A stretch of 63,266 bases of DNA, counting the filler. It is 11 parts of 11 records of this genome, joined end to end, with 100 filler letters (N's around TTAATTAATTAA, not from the genome) between each part and the next. Parts side by side here need not be neighbours in the genome. Positions count along the whole stretch, not along the records: positions 58,286 to 63,266 come from SRR15195285_257; 10 more parts are not named here. One strand, given 5' to 3'. Below, piece by piece: positions 58,867-63,266 of the stretch; the stretch's first letter is position 1; each line of letters begins with the position of its first letter. The position numbers were made by a program, and so were the translations under genes. The notes under the pieces are model-generated. The model did not search any database. It had not been told where the DNA came from and saw only the letters and a program-made list of their open reading frames with translations.

Positions 58867-61800
58867 TTATCTCTGCTGCTCTTGGCGGGGACGTTTTGCT
58901 GCTGCCGCGATCTCCCCTGCTGCCGCCTCGCCTGCACTACCTGTTGCCGATAGGCGCCTCTTGGCAGCTTTCTCGCGCTGTGGCTCTCGCGAAGGGGACC
59001 ATGAAGGTGCCGGTGGTGATGCGTCCGTGACCGCGGTCACACTGGCGCCGCCAGTGGTGGTGTCGGTGGCAGCTGGGGCGGCCGCAGGTGCGGGGGCGGC
59101 CGCAGGTGCGGGGGCAGCCGCAGCGGCGGCGCCGGTGGCTCCACCGCTAACGGTTTCGATCCCGACCGTCTTTCCAGTGACTGGGTCAACGGGAGGAATT
59201 ATCATCGGCTTGACGCGCTCTTCACCGCCCTCTGAAACCTCCACGAATTCAAGATTTTTCACGAAATGCGGCACAGCACGGCATCTCCGTGTCGTGCGCT
59301 TGCTTTTCGGCACACTTTTGCCAGCCAAGGTCTTGAAGGCGTCACAGCAGGCGCCAGAGTCATACTTATGGTCGACATCTTGGCCGCAGGCGTTGCAACC
59401 CCACCAGTTCATCTGCCTGACGAGCGTGTACTGCCGGCCAGCTCCCAGCGCTCCATTGGCGGCCTCAATCGCGTCCTCAACGGCCGTCGTGCTCATCCGC
59501 CATTCGCTCTTGTTGCTGTCCTTGTCCTTGCTGCTGCTCTCTATGCCCGCGCCTCCACTCGCTGACGTGCCGTATACATTGGCACAGGCGCGCTCTAATT
59601 CAACCAGTCGTGTCCGGGCACCCTCTCTGAACGCACAGCGATACGACACGCCGCTGTTCTGGGGACAGTGTACTGCAAGTACTGGCTCCCTAGCCAGTAG
59701 CAGTTTGCAGAGCAACGCCTGTTTGCCGGACAGATCCTCAGCCCGCACCTTCGCCACCCACTCCTTCTCTTGCCCCTTCAGAGTCTTGCTCTTCTGCTTT
59801 GAGTCATTCATCCTACGGATTTCCTCGAGGCCAGCGGTTGCAGCAGCAAATGTTGGCTGCATGAATTGTCCAGCTCCACCTCCCTCTAGTTGCATGACCG
59901 GAGCATCCTCACCGATGTCTTCTTGCTTGGCACCAGCCCCCGCTCGCGTGCCCAGCATGACCCAGTCTGGTAGAGCTGATGCTGCCGCTTCCTCATCCGC
60001 CAACTTGGAGCCGGCCTCGTTCTCCCCAACTCCATCCTGTGAGGGATTTGCCGCCCGGACACGACCCCACCGGGCCTTGCACGAAAGACCCGATCGATGG
60101 CCACCGATGGCAGCGGAAACTATCTCCCAGTCGGCGTCGCCGTGACCAAACTTAGCAACCGCAAGCAGCAGTCGTGTGTCCTCGTCCCCGCCCCAGTTAC
60201 GGCTGATATCGCTCAAGGAAAGGTTCTCAACCCCTGCCTCCGCGATCTCCTCGGTCGTCGTAGTGTGCACTTCTGCGTTTAGAAATTCTACTTCATCGTC
60301 TTGTACTGTGAACGTCACTGTCAATTTCGTGGTGTCATCTTTCAGACGTTCGACAGTCTTTGCAAAAACAGCGCGTACTGTGGCTCTGGGGGTGTCCTGC
60401 TCTTTCGCGTCCCTATGCTCACCACAACGAGCTGTCGCAGCAGCATCTGACGTAGAAGCAGCTACAACGGCATCTGTAAGATCAGAGAGTGTCGCTTCAA
60501 CAACAGATCCATCTCCGGAAGCAAGACAAGCAGACGACTCTACGTCAGTACTGGCAGCAGACGGCTGTTCAGATGCGAAAGTAGTAGACGATTCGCCGCC
60601 GCCATCGCTACATGAACCTCCGCCAGCAGTGGTAGCAGACGTGTCTCCAGCGCTAACAGGAGCAGACGATTTTTCACCTGCAGTGGCAACAGACGAGTCT
60701 GCAGCTACATTTGTAGAAACCGTAGCGACGGTGCTGGCAGCACTCGTCGAATTCGTTGCAGTACTGCTGGCAGAATCTTCGCTATGCACCACATGGTGCC
60801 CTGACAAGCTCGCCTCGTGTTGCGACGATGTTGGGATGGTGACTCGACCATCGAAGTAAAGCTTGATGGGGCGAGGGGTGATGCGGAGCGTCTGCATGAG
60901 AGTAAACAATGGCATGTCTGCGACCTGCCGCTTGCGCGCCATGTATTTATCAATCTCGTCTCCGTCAGATGCATGGCCTTCGATATGTGACAGCACAAGG
61001 CCAAGCGGCAGGCCACACTTGTCAGCTGGACAGTTGGTGACCTTGCCGTCCACGATAACTCGGCTGAGTTGCTGGCCGTCCGCTTCGACACACACGTACT
61101 TGCCAAACTCCAACCCCAGGGACTGCTTGCCTGGCACAGAAACATTCACAGCCTCTTTGAAACCTTCGAGACCACCCTCTGCTGCGGCCGCGAGCCGACG
61201 CTTCTTCTCCGCCTCAATGCGCTCTGCATGCTTCGCAGCAATCTTGCTCGCAATCTCAGCCTTCTTCCTTAGTGCGTCAGTGAACGGCGACAGTTGTGCA
61301 CCATGCACTGTGTGAATTGGGTTTGGGACAACCTTTGCTGCCTCCCACTCGACAAGACCACCGAACTCTTCCTCGAACTCCGTCTTTGTATAAGGGAGCT
61401 TCGAGCCGGGACACTCTCGGAGGTCCTCATGGATCTCTGGCTTTTGAGACTTCAGCCTCTCTTCCTCCTGCTGCTTACGAAGGCGCGCTGCCTCCTCTAG
61501 CTGCTCCTGCTCCTGCTTTTTGGCTGCTTCTGCCCAGTACGTTTTCCAGTAGTCTTCCTTGTCATGTCCCTTACTGGGCAATGTAAGTCCTTGCCATCTG
61601 AAGCCACCGGCCAGGCGAGCAACCGCCGGTTGCACGGTCACCGGCCGTGAGGCCAGTCGCTTGTCACCCCCTGCCCCAAGCCGTCCAAGCCGTCGCCAGC
61701 GGCCGCGGCACGCTTGCGCAGGGCGGCGCTTGCCAACTTTTTCTGCAATTTGACTCCAGTCTGACGTCCCAAGCTGGGTTACGGCATCGCGTAGCTTCTT

Positions 61801-63114
61801 GTCTTCATCAGCAGTCCAGTCTGTACCCTGTGCAGGACTGACCAGCTGAGCCCCGCCCGAGTCGTAATTGGCAAACACACTGGTTGACGACGATCCGTCC
61901 ACCAAGGGAATCGGCTTCAGCGGGTCTACGAGGTGGCCCGGAGCGTTCCATTTGCGGCAAATTCCAGCAGCACCCTTGCAGATGCGACAGCTTTCACGAC
62001 CGTCGCGCTCGGGCCCAGAGGCGTTGACCGGAGATGTACCGCGTGCTGCTCGTTGTGGCTGCGCCAGCGGGTTATAGTTGCACTCGTGACCCAGACCCTT
62101 CTCGATGCACGCCTTGCACGGCGAGCCGCCATCGCATTTTCGCTTGAGGCGCTTACATCGACTGCATGCGCCGCTGCCTGATTGCCGCGGAGCAGAGGGC
62201 GCTCTGTCGTCCACCCTCGGAGAGTTTCCTCGCTTCCCCTCAGGACCGAGGGGGCTGCGTCCCTGTTCCACCAAAACCTGGCCAGCTTCCTTGGCCCTCT
62301 TGCACAGAGTCTCGTCGTGCTCTCTGGCCGCAAGTTGCACTGCAGCCTCGATGGCGGGCTGCGTTTTTATGACGTTCCATCTATGCCGGCAGCTGTCGTG
62401 GCTGCGGTTCGTGCCCATGCTGATGGGGACGTCTGGCCAAGCGCCATGTCGACCGTATCTAGAATAAAAGGTCTGCCCGATGGCTGTCGCCAGAGACATG
62501 TCGTCCGTCTCGCTCCAGAGCTTCTCGGCCATCCTCTCCTCCTTCTCCCGCTGCTTGTGCTCCCGTATTTTACGCTGGTCCTCTGCCACCATCTTGCGCT
62601 GCAGTTCCTTCGCTTCTTGATCCACCCGCTTCTGCTCTACCTTGTGCTCTCGCTCAAGCTCCTTGTTGAGCCGATCGCGGTCGTCGTCCATCGCCACGGC
62701 ACCGCCACCGTTCTTCTCGCCCTCAATTTCTGCGATTTGCCGCGTGAGCCACTTCACGCTGCTGGCCTGCCCACCGGTAGGATAGTAGCCTTTGTGGTCT
62801 CTAAACCTGTCCTTGAGCGTCTGCAGCTGTGCTGCCTCCTCGGGGGTGCGGTGGGTGTTGCCCCTCGATACCACGTCCTGCTCGTCGTGGCCGTATTTGA
62901 TGACTTTGCGCATGCGGCCGCTGCGTGACAACGCCATCTGCACACCGGCGGGTTCGGGCTTGGGCCGCATCGTATCGTCGAGGGCCGCCGCGACCGCCTC
63001 TTTCTTCTTCTTCTTCGCTTTGGATCGGCGCGATCCGCGCACTCCAGAGGCAACCGCCTCCTGACCCCGTTTCTGGGAGCCGGGCTGCCAGGACCTCGGG
63101 TTCACATCGACCAT
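58867..63114 (-). CDS. Multidomain nuclear regulator: Zn2Cys6 cluster, two or three Myb/SANT repeats and a PDZ-like domain
   Basis: 'ACSRCKRLKRKCDGGSPCKACIEKGLGHEC'; Myb 'WTADEDKKLRDAVTQLG...CRGRW' and 'WGGDEDTRLLLAVAKFG...CKARW'; PDZ-like 'SLGLEF...PADKCGLPLG'; basic NLS-like stretches. The start may lie further upstream. Confidence 0.8.
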   Translation of the reverse strand: MVDVNPRSWQPGSQKRGQEAVASGVRGSRRSKAKKKKKEAVAAALDDTMRPKPEPAGVQMALSRSGRMRKVIKYGHDEQDVVSRGNTHRTPEEAAQLQTLKDRFRDHKGYYPTGGQASSVKWLTRQIAEIEGEKNGGGAVAMDDDRDRLNKELEREHKVEQKRVDQEAKELQRKMVAEDQRKIREHKQREKEERMAEKLWSETDDMSLATAIGQTFYSRYGRHGAWPDVPISMGTNRSHDSCRHRWNVIKTQPAIEAAVQLAAREHDETLCKRAKEAGQVLVEQGRSPLGPEGKRGNSPRVDDRAPSAPRQSGSGACSRCKRLKRKCDGGSPCKACIEKGLGHECNYNPLAQPQRAARGTSPVNASGPERDGRESCRICKGAAGICRKWNAPGHLVDPLKPIPLVDGSSSTSVFANYDSGGAQLVSPAQGTDWTADEDKKLRDAVTQLGTSDWSQIAEKVGKRRPAQACRGRWRRLGRLGAGGDKRLASRPVTVQPAVARLAGGFRWQGLTLPSKGHDKEDYWKTYWAEAAKKQEQEQLEEAARLRKQQEEERLKSQKPEIHEDLRECPGSKLPYTKTEFEEEFGGLVEWEAAKVVPNPIHTVHGAQLSPFTDALRKKAEIASKIAAKHAERIEAEKKRRLAAAAEGGLEGFKEAVNVSVPGKQSLGLEFGKYVCVEADGQQLSRVIVDGKVTNCPADKCGLPLGLVLSHIEGHASDGDEIDKYMARKRQVADMPLFTLMQTLRITPRPIKLYFDGRVTIPTSSQHEASLSGHHVVHSEDSASSTATNSTSAASTVATVSTNVAADSSVATAGEKSSAPVSAGDTSATTAGGGSCSDGGGESSTTFASEQPSAASTDVESSACLASGDGSVVEATLSDLTDAVVAASTSDAAATARCGEHRDAKEQDTPRATVRAVFAKTVERLKDDTTKLTVTFTVQDDEVEFLNAEVHTTTTEEIAEAGVENLSLSDISRNWGGDEDTRLLLAVAKFGHGDADWEIVSAAIGGHRSGLSCKARWGRVRAANPSQDGVGENEAGSKLADEEAAASALPDWVMLGTRAGAGAKQEDIGEDAPVMQLEGGGAGQFMQPTFAAATAGLEEIRRMNDSKQKSKTLKGQEKEWVAKVRAEDLSGKQALLCKLLLAREPVLAVHCPQNSGVSYRCAFREGARTRLVELERACANVYGTSASGGAGIESSSKDKDSNKSEWRMSTTAVEDAIEAANGALGAGRQYTLVRQMNWWGCNACGQDVDHKYDSGACCDAFKTLAGKSVPKSKRTTRRCRAVPHFVKNLEFVEVSEGGEERVKPMIIPPVDPVTGKTVGIETVSGGATGAAAAAAPAPAAAPAPAAAPAATDTTTGGASVTAVTDASPPAPSWSPSREPQREKAAKRRLSATGSAGEAAAGEIAAAAKRPRQEQQR

Positions 63115-63266
63115 GCCCGCCTCTCTAGAGAGCACCTAGGCGGCGGCGGCGGCGGCGGCGGCCGCGCCCAAGGCGGACGAGCCCGCCGCTGCGTCTCCAA
63201 GATAGTAGAGACCCCCCCGAGGACGGCGCTGCGCTGCCTACAGCTCCAGCTTTCAAGTCCACACGG

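Overview
This is eukaryotic, GC-rich DNA from a compact protist genome. It is not one locus: 11 unrelated contigs are joined by artificial 100-bp spacers (N44-TTAATTAATTAA-N44) at 5304, 8537, 13813, 18571, 24741, 33765, 37485, 41222, 45383 and 58186, so synteny across spacers is meaningless. Genes have short GT-AG introns (mostly 55-270 bp, often with GTRCG donors), which I reconstructed by hand. About 19 genes or gene fragments are supported: a PUB/F-box/LRR protein, an AI-2E transporter, a prolyl-4-hydroxylase-like enzyme with EF-hands, a glucokinase, a multi-pass CUB-LRR-Cys-rich receptor with a cytosolic TIR domain, a secreted DUF3626-like protein, a PTS2+SHOCT phytochelatin-synthase-like enzyme, a MIT-pseudokinase-HECT ligase, a tandem AAA+ ATPase, a TBC Rab-GAP with EF-hand/PH/cNMP/UVR domains, a helical-repeat protein, an aldo-keto reductase, a cycloartenol-type oxidosqualene cyclase, a GH168-like + GH7 fusion, a VPS13-like protein with C2 and four PLAT domains, a Myb/Zn2Cys6 regulator and three truncated fragments. 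The best candidate for an undescribed system is a short (L/V)K(S/T)DD motif that follows each enzyme module of the secreted glycoside-hydrolase polyprotein. It also appears, frameshifted, at the end of a second unrelated secreted protein, which suggests a module-delimiting or processing signal. All domain calls come from motif recognition by eye; no database searches were run.
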